A stretch of 64,000 bases of DNA from Octopus vulgaris (lineage: Eukaryota): assembly GCA_951406725.2 (NCBI GenBank), contig OX597824.1, positions 40,734,001-40,798,000 on the forward strand, read 5' to 3'. The notes under the pieces were generated by a model. That model was not told the origin of the DNA. It saw only the letters and a list, made by a program, of their open reading frames with translations, and searched no databases. Numbering within the stretch: the stretch's first letter is position 1; each line of letters opens with the position of its first letter. Below, one piece after another: positions 26,150 to 40,004 of this stretch. The position numbers were made by a program, and so were the translations under genes.

Positions 26150-26775
26150 TTTCCTGTAGTCATGCCATAGTGTTGGCATAGCTTCATATGTATATAAGTC
26201 CCAACTCTGTCGTGTTTGTGGATGTATTTCTTCTTGTCTATGACTGGGCAACCAGAGAAATTATGATTTATTATTTCTTCACCATCATCATATATTCTGC
26301 AGTTACTTATAATACTTTTCTTCGTGTGTTTTTGGTGATTTCTGGAGGGGAAATTTTGTTCTTGTGCCGTAATTAAAAACCCATCAGTTTCTGCTTTGAG
26401 ATCTGAATTTCTCAACCAGTGTTGAGATTTTATTTTGTCTATTTCTTTTCTGTTTAGCTTATCGCAGTATTTGCCATGTAAGGGCTTTTCTTGCCATTGT
26501 TTTATCATATTTTGTAGTTCCAGTTTTAGCTTAGATTTTAGTTGCTTTATAACTTTCGATGTTTCTTCTTTTTCTTCATAGTTGTCAGATATTATGACTT
26601 CTTCCTTGTATTTTTCAACTTCTTTGAAAATAGAAAACTATTTTTTTTTTTACCTTGCTCATGCTTTGTGACTATTTATATCAGTTTTCCTTGGTTCTGA
26701 CTCAGATATTTTTGTAGTCCTATGATGGATATTTTATAGTAGTTTTCTAGTTGTATAAGGCCTCTACTACTTTCA
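26150..26775 (-). mobile_element. R4/Dong-like RLE-type LINE fragment (region before the restriction-like endonuclease)
   Basis: WQEKPLHGKY..SQHWL..LKAETDGFL..AQEQ..CR....E.INH..SGCP....YIHKHDRVG.YIH..LC, a decayed CCHC knuckle and RHD motif. Confidence 0.75.
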
Positions 26776-27652
26776 ATTCAATTTAATCATCATCAGTATC
26801 ACCACCATCATTATCACCATCATCATCATTATTATCATCATCATCATTGGGTAGTGGATGGCAAGATTGGTAAAGTGCCAAACAAAATACTGTAGTTAAT
26901 TACAACTCGTTATGTTCCAAGTTCAGATTTAGCATGACTTTGCCATTTATTTTTCCAGAGTCAAGTACTGCAATATATTATTGTAGCACATTTATAAATT
27001 GATCCTAATTGAGTAGACCAATGATCAAAGGCAAACTAATTGTGATTATCCCATCATTTTAGAAGTATGTAGAATAATATTGTTCATTACAACTTTTCTT
27101 TCTGTAAGATGGTATAATATGATAGGAAGGCATTTGGCTACTTTTTCTAACATGTTGAGTGATTGTGAAGGAGCTTTCTCATTAACTCATTGTAATTTTG
27201 TCTCTAGCAAATCTGCATGTTATTTACAGTGACACCTATTTACCTAACCTTGTTCTAAATAAGTACTATTGAGAAGGAATGTATGGTTAACCACTATAAG
27301 CATGTACAATTAATTTCTATTTAGTATAATACTGAGCATTGTTATGTATCTTAGCACTTTCAAAGGCAAGTGGAACAGAAATCCTTTACATGGAAAATAA
27401 GTATGGGTTAGCAACAAGAAAGAAGAGATCTCTTATATGGAAACAGTTAAGTGTTAGTAGCAGGAAGAGTATCCAGCTGTTAAACAATGCCTTAATGACA
27501 TAATCACTTAATCTATGCTAGCATAGAAAGCAAAAATAAGATGAATGAATATATTTGAAACACTTACTATATTACTTGTATTATTTGTATTTAGCATATT
27601 ATTTGCATTACTTGTATTTAGTACATTTTAGTATATCACTTGTAATTTATAA

Positions 27653-27707
<55 letters not shown>

Positions 27708-27975
27708 AATTATTGTATACAGTGCTCAGCTGCACCACAACTTGTCAGAAAGTGCATATAAAGTACATGCAGTAATGTAGAAATGTCTGGAAAGCGAACA
27801 ATGTATGAGTCAGATACATGCTTGTGTGTGTATGGAGGGGAGAAAATCAAGTGTAGTGTTGGCGAATCTCAGGAAGCATGGAAGTTTTGAAGGATGCAGT
27901 ATTACTTTAATGAAGTTTGTCTCAAACTGCCATGGTCATTAGCCCAGATCTTTCCTAGCCTTTTTGTATGTTTAA

Positions 27976-28197
27976 CCATTTTGATACCAACCCGCCCACA
28001 ACTGATTGTGGTTCTATGGTACAAGCTTTATGGTTTTAAGTGATCTAAATTAAAGCCTTCCATCAAAATATCATGTTAATTTATGTCCCAAATTCCAGCT
28101 TAATAACGACAAAGTTATTTTACCAAATTTGTCATTATTTTCAAAATTAATTATAACTATGGCTGTGAATTTCAACAGAAATATGGTAACAAAGGGG
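27976..28197. mobile_element. piggyBac-type MITE
   Basis: TTAA on both sides (27972-27975, 28198-28201); imperfect TIRs CCATTTTGATACCA / TGGTAACAAAGGGG. Confidence 0.7.
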
Positions 28198-28370
28198 TTA
28201 AGCAACTGAGAATACAAAAAAGACTAAATTGGGATGCTAGTCTTTCCTAGAGTTGACTCCAGCAACAGATGGCACTCATTTTCAATGGGTGGGCTGGAGC
28301 TACATCAAATGAAGTGTTTTTCTTGAAGACACAATGCATGACCCATTCCAAGAATTCAAATCATTATCTA

Positions 28371-28534
28371 AGGCGCAGGAGAGGCTGTGTGGTAAGTAGC
28401 TTGCTTACCAACCACATGGTTCCGGGTTCAGTCCCACTGCATGACACTTTGGGCAAGTGTCTTCTACTATAGCCTTGGGTCGACCAAAGCCTTGTGAGTG
28501 GATTTGGTAGATGGAAACTGAAAGAAGCCCGTCG

Positions 28535-28589
<55 letters not shown>

Positions 28590-28795
28590 TTGTCTGTCTG
28601 TGTTTGTCCCCCCAGCATCGCTTGATAGCCGATGCTGGTGTGTTTACAACCCTATAACTTAGCGGTTCGGCAAAAGAGACCAATAGAATAAGTACTAGGC
28701 TTACAAAGAATAAGTCCTGGGGTTGATTTGCTTGACTAAAGGCGGTGCTCCAGCATGGCCGCAGTCAAATGACTGAAACAAGTAAAAGAGTAAAA
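28371..28795 (+). mobile_element. Full-length tRNA-derived SINE with internal microsatellite (further copies at ~8580, 13505, 15050, 29800, 33853, 34263, 61296, 61778 and 62025)
   Basis: GGCGCAGG..GGCTGTGTGGTAAG..GGGTTCAGTCCC head, TTGGGCAAGTG core and (AGTAAAAG)n tail; many copies in the window. Confidence 0.85.
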
Positions 28796-31066
28796 GAGTA
28801 AAAGAGTAATGATCACAAGACCAACATCCGAACCATTTGGCCCCTATTTTGAGTACACATGTGCCTAGGACTAATCCTAAGTTTTGATACAAACTCTTTC
28901 ATTGTAAAGTATTTATTTTTAAGTTAAAACCTGTCATTATATAATTTTATGTAAGAATATTTTGTTATGTTCCAAAAACTAGTTTTATACCAACATTGGT
29001 GACATTAATGCTGGCATCATCATTGTCATCTAATTGTTGTTATGTAAATATTAATGACTTGTAGGCACATGGTATTTCGTTATGCGACTATGATATGCTA
29101 CAAAGTATATTAAATGATTCTATACGTCAGTACCATGTACTACTGTGTTAGCAGTCCACTTAAATCACATGTTAAAGTGTTGTTGTTATTATCATCATCA
29201 TCATTGTTGTCATCATCACCATCATCATTGTTACAACCACCACCACCACCACCACCACTGCCACCGCCACTGCCACCACCATCAATTTAATCTTATTTAC
29301 CTAACTTAAAGTGACCCTTCAGAGTTAATGTAAACATAATTATTTAATCTCTCACAAGGATTAAAAAAACAAACTTTCATAACAAATCTAAAAAAAAAAA
29401 ATACAACAACAACAACGACTGTGGTAACCACAACAACAGCAGCAACTGCACCAGATTAAAAAAAAACAAAATTGAGTTTGAATACCATCAGATTAAATAA
29501 ATAAATAAGTTCCATGCAGTAAATAAGGTAGTGGAGAATGAGAAAGGTGAAACATAATATGCAGGAAAATAGCTGTTAATCCATAGGTCATACAAGATGT
29601 TGTTTGTGTGGAAGGGCAAGTGGAAGTGGTGATGCTTCAGTGAATGAGAGATAAAAACAAATAAGCTTTAATCCAGTGCTTCTCGAGGTGGGGGTGTTTG
29701 CCCTGCTAGGGCAACGTGGTAAATATTTTGGTAAGGCGTGTGAGAGGTTACTTCAGAATGGGACATAAGTAAATAAAAAGGGAAACTTGTAAAACATTTG
29801 CTTTCCAGCACATAGTTCCTGGTTGAGTCCGACTGTATGGCACTTTGGGCAAGTGTCTTCCACTTAAGTCCTCGTCTTATGAGTGAATTTGATAGACAGA
29901 AACTGAAAGAAGCCTGTCATATATGTGTGTGAGTGTGTGCATGCGTGTGTGTTTGTGTGTCATTGTGTTTATGTTTGTCCTCTTTTTACCACTTAACAAC
30001 CAGTGTTGGTTTATTTATGTAGTTGTAACTTAGTCTAGCTTAGTTGTAACTTATGTAGTTGTAACTTAGTGGTAAAAAAAAATAAATAAATTGCCTCCTT
30101 TTAAAGCCTAACCAGGCTCATGGGCCCGTTTTCCCGGTTTCTATGGCGTATGTGTTTCCCAGCTGGACGGGACGCCAGTCCATCGCAGCATTACTCATTT
30201 TTGCCAGCTGAGTGGACTGGAGCAACATGAAATGAAGTGTTTTACTCAAGAACACAACGCGTCGCCCAGTCCAGGAATCAAAACCACAATCTTACGATCA
30301 TGATGCTGACACCCTAACCACTAAGCCATGTGCCTCCACAACTTAATGGTCAGGCTTTAAAATAATAAATACTGATGTCAATTTGTTTGACTAAATCCTT
30401 CAAGACAGTGCCCCAGCATAGCTACAGTCCAATGACCGAAACGAGTAAAAGATAAAATACATCATCATCGTTATCATTTTTTGAACATCCATCTTCCATG
30501 CTTGCATGGGTTGGGTGATTTGAGAGAATCCAATAGGATGTATGCTTTGGCATGGATTTTTATGGCTGGATGTCTTTTCTAACACCAACCACTTTACAGA
30601 GCATACTGGGTACTTTTGTCTCATAGCACTAGCACTAATGAGGTTGTCATGCAGCTTGCAAGACAAAGATCCACCACCACAACCACTGACTGAGTGAGGT
30701 TGAACACTAGGAGATGGTGGAGGCACATGGCCTAGTGGTTAGAGCAGCGGACTCGTGGTCGAGGGATCGTGGGTTCGAATCTCAGACTGAGCGATGTGTG
30801 TGTTTATGAGCAAAACACCTAAGCTCCACGTGGCTCTGGCAGAAGGTAATGGTGAACTTCTGCTGACTCTTTCACTACGACTTTCTCTTACTCTTTCCTC
30901 ATGCATCTTGCAGCTCACCTGCGACGGTTCGGCGTCTTGTCCAGGTGGGGAACCTATACACCAAGAAAACCGGGAAACCGGTCCTTATGAGCCAGGCATG
31001 GCTCGAGAAGGAACAAACTAGGAGATGAGAGGTTAAAATATGGAAGAACTTCTGTGCTGATTTTAA

Positions 31067-31325
31067 ATAATAATAATAATAATAATTGTGTACAGTGCTC
31101 AGGTGCACTACAACTCATCTAAAGTGTATATATAATCAGGTGAAGTTTCGGCGGATTTCGGAAAGCATGAGGGCCTTAAAAGATGCAGTGTCATGGCAGT
31201 CAACAACTGACGCAGGCAGTTTATTCCATGCTTCAGCAACTCTGAGCGTGAAAAAATGTTTCCGAAAGTCATGGGAGCTGTATTGTTTTCTGACTTTGTA
31301 GGCATGTCCACGTGTGTTAGACACA
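31067..31325 (-). mobile_element. CR1-clade LINE 3' end (shorter copies at ~27700-27900, 34825-34875 and 35036-35088)
   Basis: TRGHAYKV...RKHFFTLRVAEAWNKLPASVV....SFK, the classic CR1 C-terminus, followed by a (TTA)n tail. Confidence 0.88.
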
Positions 31326-32207
31326 TGGAGATCGCTGTAGAAGGGCTCCTTAATAACATAAGTAGCTTACATAGCTACTCATGTTACAGAAGAATGGATG
31401 AGAATAACAAGGATGGAGCTAGAAAGAGAGCTAAAATCGTGTATGTACTAACTTTGGTCACTTTTGGTGGTGTGCACAAGTTGGGTAGGTAGGGGGAGAA
31501 TTTGTTAATATAATGTTTTAATGTTCACAAGAGGATTAGAACAAATATTTATAAAAAACAAACTTCACCCCCACCTAAACGCAAAGGTTAAAATTTCTAA
31601 ATAGTAACCAAATAATTTCTAGAACAATGATTCCCTAGGGACAAATATGTTGACCAAAGACATTTACATCTACTTACAACCTCTTATGAACATTAAAAAC
31701 ATTAGGCTAACAAATTTTCCCTTTTGATAACACCATGACATGCTAAAGTGATAACCAACACCCTCTTGATACAAACAGGCAAAAAAAATATAAATAGCAT
31801 CAACCTGCCAACAAACAAAAACTTACCACCTAATTACATCCTCGTGTAAACCCTTAAAATCTCCATGACCTAAAAGCTAACACACCTAATTACAAAGGTT
31901 TAAAAATTGGATTGAGCTCTAAGCTTTAATTCTTCACATTCTCAAAGCAAAAGGTTAAATATCCCAATAATATCCAGATAAAAACAATACAGCTAAACTG
32001 AATGACATATCAGCTGACCAACATGCACCCCCAACTTAACTACATTCTTTTGTGAACCTCTACAATGTGAAGATGATATACCTAAATATACGCACCTGAT
32101 TACAAAGTTCTACATGCATGAATAAATTCAAAACAATAGTACAACCACAAATTTAAGCAATAAAATTCTCCATAACATCTTGCTAACACAATCCATCATA
32201 CAACCTA

Positions 32208-33478
32208 CGAGGGATGTTCAATAAGTAATGCCCTGACCCACTTGCAGTTGTTTTTATCTAGCTGAAATTTTGCATGTGCAATTATTTATATCTCTATAGA
32301 TTAAGTGGCAAATTACAGCTCTGAACTAATTGTGTTTTCTGATTTACAGGTGTTTGAACTGAGTCAAGTGTGAAATGGAGCCTGTTGAGTGTCGAGCAGT
32401 GAGGTTACACACTAGGAGATGGTGGAGACTTTTGATGAAATGAAAGTAACTTATGGTGATGATGCCCCATCATATGACCTTGTAAAATGCTGGCATCGTG
32501 AATTCAAACATGGTTGGAACTCTGTGGAAACAGCTCCCAGATCCCTTCTGCCATTGATGAGGCATCTGTCTGTCAAGTTGAGGCTGCCATTTTGGAAGCT
32601 CGACGCATAACTATTTGCCAAATAGCTCATGAGGTCAAGATTAGTACTGGGTCTGTGGAAACTATCATTCATGACCATTTGCATATGCAAAAGGTGTCTG
32701 CCAGATAGATTCCCAGGTTGCTCACACCTTTCCAGAAGCAAGAACGCGTTGAGTGCTCGAGGATGAATTTGGAGATGTGCCAAGAAGATGAGTCAAAATT
32801 TTTCAAAAGACTGATTACACAGGATGAAACCTGGGTCCATCACTATGATCCAGAGACCAAAGCCCAGTCAATGCAGTGGAAGCACCATGACTCACCTCCT
32901 CCAAAGAAGGCAAGGGTGCAGCCCTCCGCTGGCAAGGTCATGCTCACAGTCTTCTGGGACCAGGACGGAGTAGTGATGACAGATTTCCCAGCAAAGGGTA
33001 CCACAATTACAGGAGCCTATTATGCTTCACTTCTCCGGAAATTAAGAGAAGCTATCAAAATCAAGAGGCAGGGCAAGATCAGCAAAGGCATCCTCCTCCT
33101 GCAGGACAACGCTCCGGTCCACAACTCGCGTGTCGCCATATCAGAAGCACAAGTGTGGGGCTATGAACTCCTCCCCCATCCCCTCTACTCTCCTGACCTT
33201 GCACCCTCTGATTTTCACCTCTTCCCAGCCATGAAGTTATTTTTGAAAGGAAAGCGTTTTCCAGATGATGCAGCCTTGATTTCTGAAGTCACATTGTGGT
33301 TGGAGGACCAAGCTGGGGGTCTTCTACAAAAACGGTTTCCAGAGCTGCATCAAACGATGGGAGAAATGCGTAACTTTGGGTGGTTCCTATGTAGAAAGAA
33401 ACTAATAACTGTGTCAAGTTTCGTTGCTCTACTGCTATGGGAAATGGGTCAGGGGCATTACTTATTGAACGCCCCTCG
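32208..33478 (+). mobile_element. Near full-length mariner (irritans/Himar-like) with pseudogenized transposase
   Basis: TA TSDs. TIRs CGAGGG..GTTCAATAAGTAATGCCC.TGACCCA at both ends. TQDETWVHHYDPETK, QDNAPVH and YSPDLAPSDFHLF (DD34D). Stop at the W of the WIP motif, plus frameshifts. Confidence 0.95.
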
Positions 33479-33754
33479 TAATTATCACTCAAGAGAAAGC
33501 TTATCCTAGAAAATTTTAGTTTAACAAAGACAAACGCAAATGTATCACAGCACAATGATGGCGTGGCTGACTGGAACTTTGAAGTCATTGTCAATACTAT
33601 TCTTGTTAAAGAATAATAAATTTATGAGAATAATAAATTTATAAATGTGTTTGTGTGCATGTGTGTGTGTGTGTGTGTGTGTCCTGTTTTGATATCACTT
33701 GAAGGTTGTAAATGAGTGTCACTGTCTATAACACACACACACACATCTATATCA

Positions 33755-33851
<97 letters not shown>

Positions 33852-35828
33852 ACAGGAGTGGCTGTGTGTTAAGTAGCTTGCTTACCAACCACATGGTTCC
33901 GGGTTCATTCCCATTGCGTGGCACCTTGGGCAGGTGTCTTCTACTATAGCCTTGGGTCAACCAAACCCTTGTGAGTGGATTTGGTAGACAGAAACTGAAA
34001 GAAGCTCGTCGTATATATATATATATATATGTGTGTATATGTTTGTGTGTCTGTGTTTGTCCCCTCCCTCAACATATATATATATGCTCCAGCATATATA
34101 TATACACACACACATACATACACACACACACACACATACATACATACATACATACATACATACATACATACATACATACATACATACATACGTACATACA
34201 TACATACATACATACATACATACATACATACATACATACATACATACATACATACATACATAGGCATGGCTGTGGGCTATGTGGTAAGAAGTTTGCTTCC
34301 AAACCACATGGTTCCTAGTATAGCCTCGGGCTGACCAAAGCCTTGTGAATGGATTTGGTAGATGGAAACTGAAAGAAACCCATTGTGTGTGTGTGTGTGT
34401 GTGTGTGTGTCTTTGTCTATGTGTTTGTCCCCCATCAACGCTTGACATCTAGTGTTGGTGCATTTATGTCCCTGTGACTTAGTGGTTTGGCTAAAGAGAT
34501 TGATTGAATAAGTACCAGGCTTTATAAAAAAATAGCAAGTACCAGGTTCAACTAAAATTCTTCAAGGCAGTGCCCCAGCATGGCCACAGTCTTATGACTG
34601 AAACAAGTAAAAGATATATATATACACATGTACATATATGATAGGCTTCTTCCAGTTTTTGTGTGCCCAATTTACTCACAAGGCCTCGGGCTATAGTAGA
34701 AGACACACAGCTAAGGTGCCATGCAACAGACTGAACCTAGAACCATACATACATACATACATACATACATACATACATACATACATACATACATACATAC
34801 ATACATGCATGTATGCGTACACACATGTTGTAGTGCACCTGAGCACTGTATACAATAATTTCATTATTATTATCATTATATACATACATACAAACATACA
34901 TACATACATACATACATACATACATACATACATACATACATACATACATACATACATACATACATACATACATACATACATACATACATACATACATACA
35001 TACTTACATACATACATACATGTATGCATACATACATGTTGTAGTGCACCTGAGCACTGTATACAATAATTTCATTATTATTATCATTATATACATACAT
35101 ACAAACATGCATACATACATACATACATACATACATACATACATACATACATACAAAATTCATCCCACAGACCCATGACTGTGGGTTTTTTTCCTGCTTT
35201 CTTTGTGGAGGGAAACACTTTGGATTTTTTAAACATCTAAGGCTATGATAGGCAAAGTCAACTCAGAAAATAGGAAGTAAAAACTACAAGAATGACATGT
35301 TTTTTATTGTTTTTTGTTTTTTTACTGAAGTTAATTAATAATGGCTTCATATCACAAAGGTCAATTATGTAGATGGGATTGACAAAAAAAATAAATAATA
35401 AATAAAGCTGACCTCCAACACAGCAAATAACAATGACCTCTGTGTTTTGAGACACAAAAAAGACAGACCTATTTTGGCTTGACATTAATTTCAAGGTTGT
35501 TGTTGTTGTCATTGTTGTTTGGCTTTCTGTTAGTCCTGATTCAACAGACATATCATAAAAAGCATTCCTGACATAACCCACCTGTCTTTTATTCAAATAT
35601 AGCATATTTAAAACCACATCATCCAATGTACTCTTCATTTTTTAGGAAGTAGGTCGTGAACAGTGTAATTTGGCTGCTATTTCATTGACTCAAATTTCTT
35701 TCTTATGTCCACAGAGTAGTAGTAAAAAGATTGCTGGAGCTGCATTGTGAACACATTTGTTTGCTCCTTCACCTAGCTGATTTGAAATGAGAGTGAGAGG
35801 GAGATGGAGAGAAAGGGGAAGAGGAGAG

Positions 35829-35894
<66 letters not shown>

Positions 35895-36124
35895 GAGAAG
35901 GGAAGCAAAAAACAAACCCCAGGACTTGACTAGTGCTGTATTTATCATCCCAGAAAGTTGAAAGGTAAAGTTAGCCTCAGTGGGTTTTGAACTCATAGAT
36001 TGGAGAGTCAGAACAAATACAGGAAGGAATTCTATGTGAAGCTCTGATAACTTTGTAATTCACTCCCTTATATTCCACCTCCTCCTCCTCCTCCTCCTCC
36101 TCATCATCATCATCATCATCATCA

Positions 36125-36614
36125 TATAACTGGTTGAAGTCCTTTATTTTCGACCGAAAAGAGGTTGTCACAATTCTAGGACAGCACTCTTGACAATGGT
36201 GTTACTCCAGAACAGTGGAAAACTGCCAGTGTTATCCCTCTGTTCAAAAAAGGCGACCGCACATCGCCTGTCAACTATTGCCCCATTAGACTTACTAGCT
36301 GCATCGCCAAACTGATGGAATCCTGTATCAGAGAAACCCTCTGGAACTTCTGGAAGTCTCACAGACTCATCCAGCTGTCACAATTCGGATTTATTCCTAA
36401 CTCCAGCTGCTGTAATCAACTCATCGAGTTTCTTGAGGACGTTACCCAAATCACTGATCGCGGATCCTGGGTGGATGTTGTTTACCTGGACTTTGCTAAG
36501 GCTTTTAACTCTGTGCCACACAAAAGACTTATGGTGAAGCTTTCTGCGTTGGTCGTAAGAGACGAACTCTATAACTGGTTGAAGTCCTTTATTTTCGGCC
36601 GAAAAGAGGTTGTC
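36125..36614 (+). mobile_element. Internal CR1-type RT fragment with a 45-bp terminal redundancy
   Basis: WKTASVIPLFKKGDR...NY.PI.LTS..AKLME..QFGF..YLDFAKAFNSVPH. Segment 36125-36169 equals 36570-36614 with one mismatch. Confidence 0.9.
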
Positions 36615-37094
36615 TGCATTTGAACTCAAGATCTTTGATGAAGTAGTCCTTCACCCAATCCACTAAATTTCACTTCTCCATTAAGGATGCAAACAACACA
36701 ATCCACAAACATTTTACTGTCTAAGCTAGCAATCAATCAATATGCATACCACCCATTGATGGATAGAATGATCACAGAAGGTGAAAAAATCATATCTGTT
36801 TATTGCACTGATGCTTTGAATAAATAAATACTTAACTTTTAATTATACTGCTATCGTTTAGTAAAAACTAAGACACAATGAATAGTCTTCACTGTTAGTC
36901 TTTCAGATTAAGAATTATGGATAATTCTTTTTTTTTTTCCAAATATTGTTAACTGGCAGTCCTGTTGAGATTCGCTTCCAGTTCAGGAGTTTATACAGGT
37001 ATGGCAGTATGAATAGCTAAACATAGCTAAGATGCAGCAGAGTCAAGGAAATAGTCTTACTATTGAACTTAATAGTTCAATAATAAGAATAAGT

Positions 37095-37992
37095 ATTTCT
37101 AACAGGCACACAGGCTACACAATTTGGGGGATGGTGTAGTCAATCAAATCAGTCCTGATAATTGACTGGTACCCTATTTTAGTGATTCTAGAAGGATGAA
37201 AGGCAAAATTAATTTTGGCCTGATTTGAATTCAGAACGTAAAAAGGAACATAACTAAGTAGCTCAAAGCATTTCGTCCAGCACCCTTATTGATTTTGTCA
37301 AGCACTGTTCTTCAACAACAACAACAACAAGAATTCTATCTACTATAGGCACAAGGCCTGGAATTTGTGGGAAGGGTCATAGAGTCGATCAAATCAACCC
37401 CAGCTCTTGACTGGTGCTTAATATATCAACCATGTAAGGATGAAAGGCAAAATCGACTTTGATGGAATTTGAACTCAGAATGTAGTGACAGAGGAAATGC
37501 CACTAAGCATTTTGCCCAGTGTGCTAATAATTCTGCCAACTCACCTCCTTTGACAATAATCATCATCATCATCATCATCATCATCGTTTAACGTCCGCTT
37601 TCCACGCTAGCACGGGTTGGACGGTTTGACTGGGGTCTGGGAAGCCAGGGGCTGCACCAGGCTCCAGTCTGATCTGGCAGTGTTTCTACAGCTGGATGCC
37701 CTTCCTAACGCCAACCACTCCGCGAGTGTAGTGGGTGCTTTTTACGTGCCACCTGAACAATAATGATAATAATAATTTTTTCAACTGGAAGCACAAAGCC
37801 TCAAATTTGGGGAAAGGGATTAAGTCGATTACATCAACCACAGTGTGTTACTGGTACTTATTTAATCGACTCTGAAAGGATGAAAAGCAAAGTCAACCCC
37901 GGCGGAATTTGAACTCAGAATGTAGCGACAGATGAAATACCACTAAGCATTTCACCCAGCGTATAATAATAATAATAGTAATAATAATAATA

Positions 37993-38055
<63 letters not shown>

Positions 38056-39711
38056 GTTCCTTCTAATTCTGGCACATGGCCAGCAGTATTAATGGAGGAG
38101 CTGAGTCAATTATATTGACCCCTGCATCTGACAGGTCTCTATTTTATTGACCCTGAAAGAATGGAAAATTGACCTTGGCAGAATTTGAACTCAGCATGTA
38201 AAGATGGACCAAATGCTGCTAAACATTTTGTCAGGCATGCTAATATTTCTGCAAGCTCACTCTCTTAATAACAACAGCAATAACAACAATAATAATAACA
38301 GCCATAATAACAAAGGTGATGAAGGTGCTGCTGTTACTGCTGCTGATGATGAGAATGACAATGATGATGATGATGAGGAGGAGGAGGACGACGACGACGA
38401 TGATGACAACAACGAAGTCGACAATCATGAAAATTGTCACAAAGCCACAATTTATGGAGGAAGCAACCAATTAATTTGCCAACAACAATAGTAGTATGCA
38501 TGCACACACATATGGAATTCATGCTTGCATCACATGTGTGCTCATACAGCTAGTTATGGGACTGTTGTCTCATGCATACAAAACGACACATATGCCAGTA
38601 AAAAAGCTTACAGAAAGAAAGAAAAAATACACATATTTACAAAAGCTTACAAAAAAAAACATATTTCTTAAATAGACACCAAAAATGTGAATAATCATTC
38701 TTCCAATTGTTGATGCACACAAACACTACATTCAAGTATTTTGATGGGTAATACAGGACATGCTACATGCTATTGTTGTTGGTGAAGCAGTCATTCCTTG
38801 GGAAAGTCTGAATAAATAAATAGTTATGTCAATAACAGCACTACCAGTAATGGCAACAACAAAATGATAATAATGGTTTCAAATTTTGCCACAAGGGCAC
38901 CAATTCTGGGAGAGGGGATGACTCGATTACATCAACCCCTGTGTTCAGCTGGTACTTATTTTATCAACTACGAAAGGAAGAAAAGGAAAATCAACCTTGG
39001 TGAAATTTGAACTCAGAACATAAAAACAGAGGAAATATATTGGTAAGCATTTCACCCAGCATGCTAACAATTCTGCCAGCTTGTCACCTTAATAATGATA
39101 ATAATAATTGTAGCCCTTTCTGCTATAGGCACAGGGCCTGAAATTTTGAGAGAGGGGACAAGTTGATTACATCAACCCCAGTATTTCACTGGTACTTCTT
39201 TTATCGACCCCCAAAAGCATGAAAGGCAAAGTTGACCTCGGTAGAACAATATACCGGTAAACATTTCACCACTTTAATAATAATAATAATCTTTCTATAA
39301 GTACAAGGCCTGAAATTTGTGGGAAGGGGACCAGTTGATTACATCAACCCCAGTCTTTCACTGGTACTTAATTTATCAACCCTGAAAGGATGAAAAGCAG
39401 GTCAACTTCAGCAGAATTTGAACCGAGAACGTAGTGACAGGTAAAATACCGCTAAGCATTTTGCCCAGCATGCTAACGATTCTGCCAGCTCAACAAAAGG
39501 CATAAGGCCTGAAATTTGGGAAGAGGGAACTAATTGATTACATCGACCCCAGTGTTTCACTGGAAGTTAATTTATTGACCCTGAAAGGATGAAAGGCAAA
39601 GTAGACCTTGGTGGAATTTGAACTCAGAACATAAGACAGATGAAATGTCACTAAGCATTTTGCCCAGCTTACTAACAATTCTCCCATCTCACCACCTTAA
39701 TAATAATGATG

Positions 39712-39770
<59 letters not shown>

Positions 39771-39966
39771 TGATAGCGATTTCAATTTTTGGCACAAGGC
39801 CAGCAACTTCCTGGCAGGCGAGAGTCAATTACATCAACCCTCAGTGCTCAACTGGTACTTATTTTATTGACTCTGAAAGGATGGAAGGCAAAATTGACCT
39901 CAGTATAATTTGAACTTAGAACACAAAGGCACATGAAATGCTACTAAGCATTTTGAAAAAAAAAAA

Positions 39967-40004
<38 letters not shown>

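Noticed and set aside
30717-30795. tRNA gene
   Set aside because: The A/B-box-like head continues into a SINE body; no complete cloverleaf or oligo-T terminator.
32718-33509. 263-aa ORF as a domesticated SETMAR-like gene
   Set aside because: It lies within TIRs/TSDs, has no ATG start, the N-terminus is broken by a stop and frameshifts, and the C-terminus is frameshifted.
33622-35163. Many overlapping MYVC/HTYI/YI-repeat ORFs (similar ones at ~9 kb, 22.4 kb and 41-43 kb)
   Set aside because: Stop-free (CATA)n, (TA)n and (CA)n repeats, not genes.
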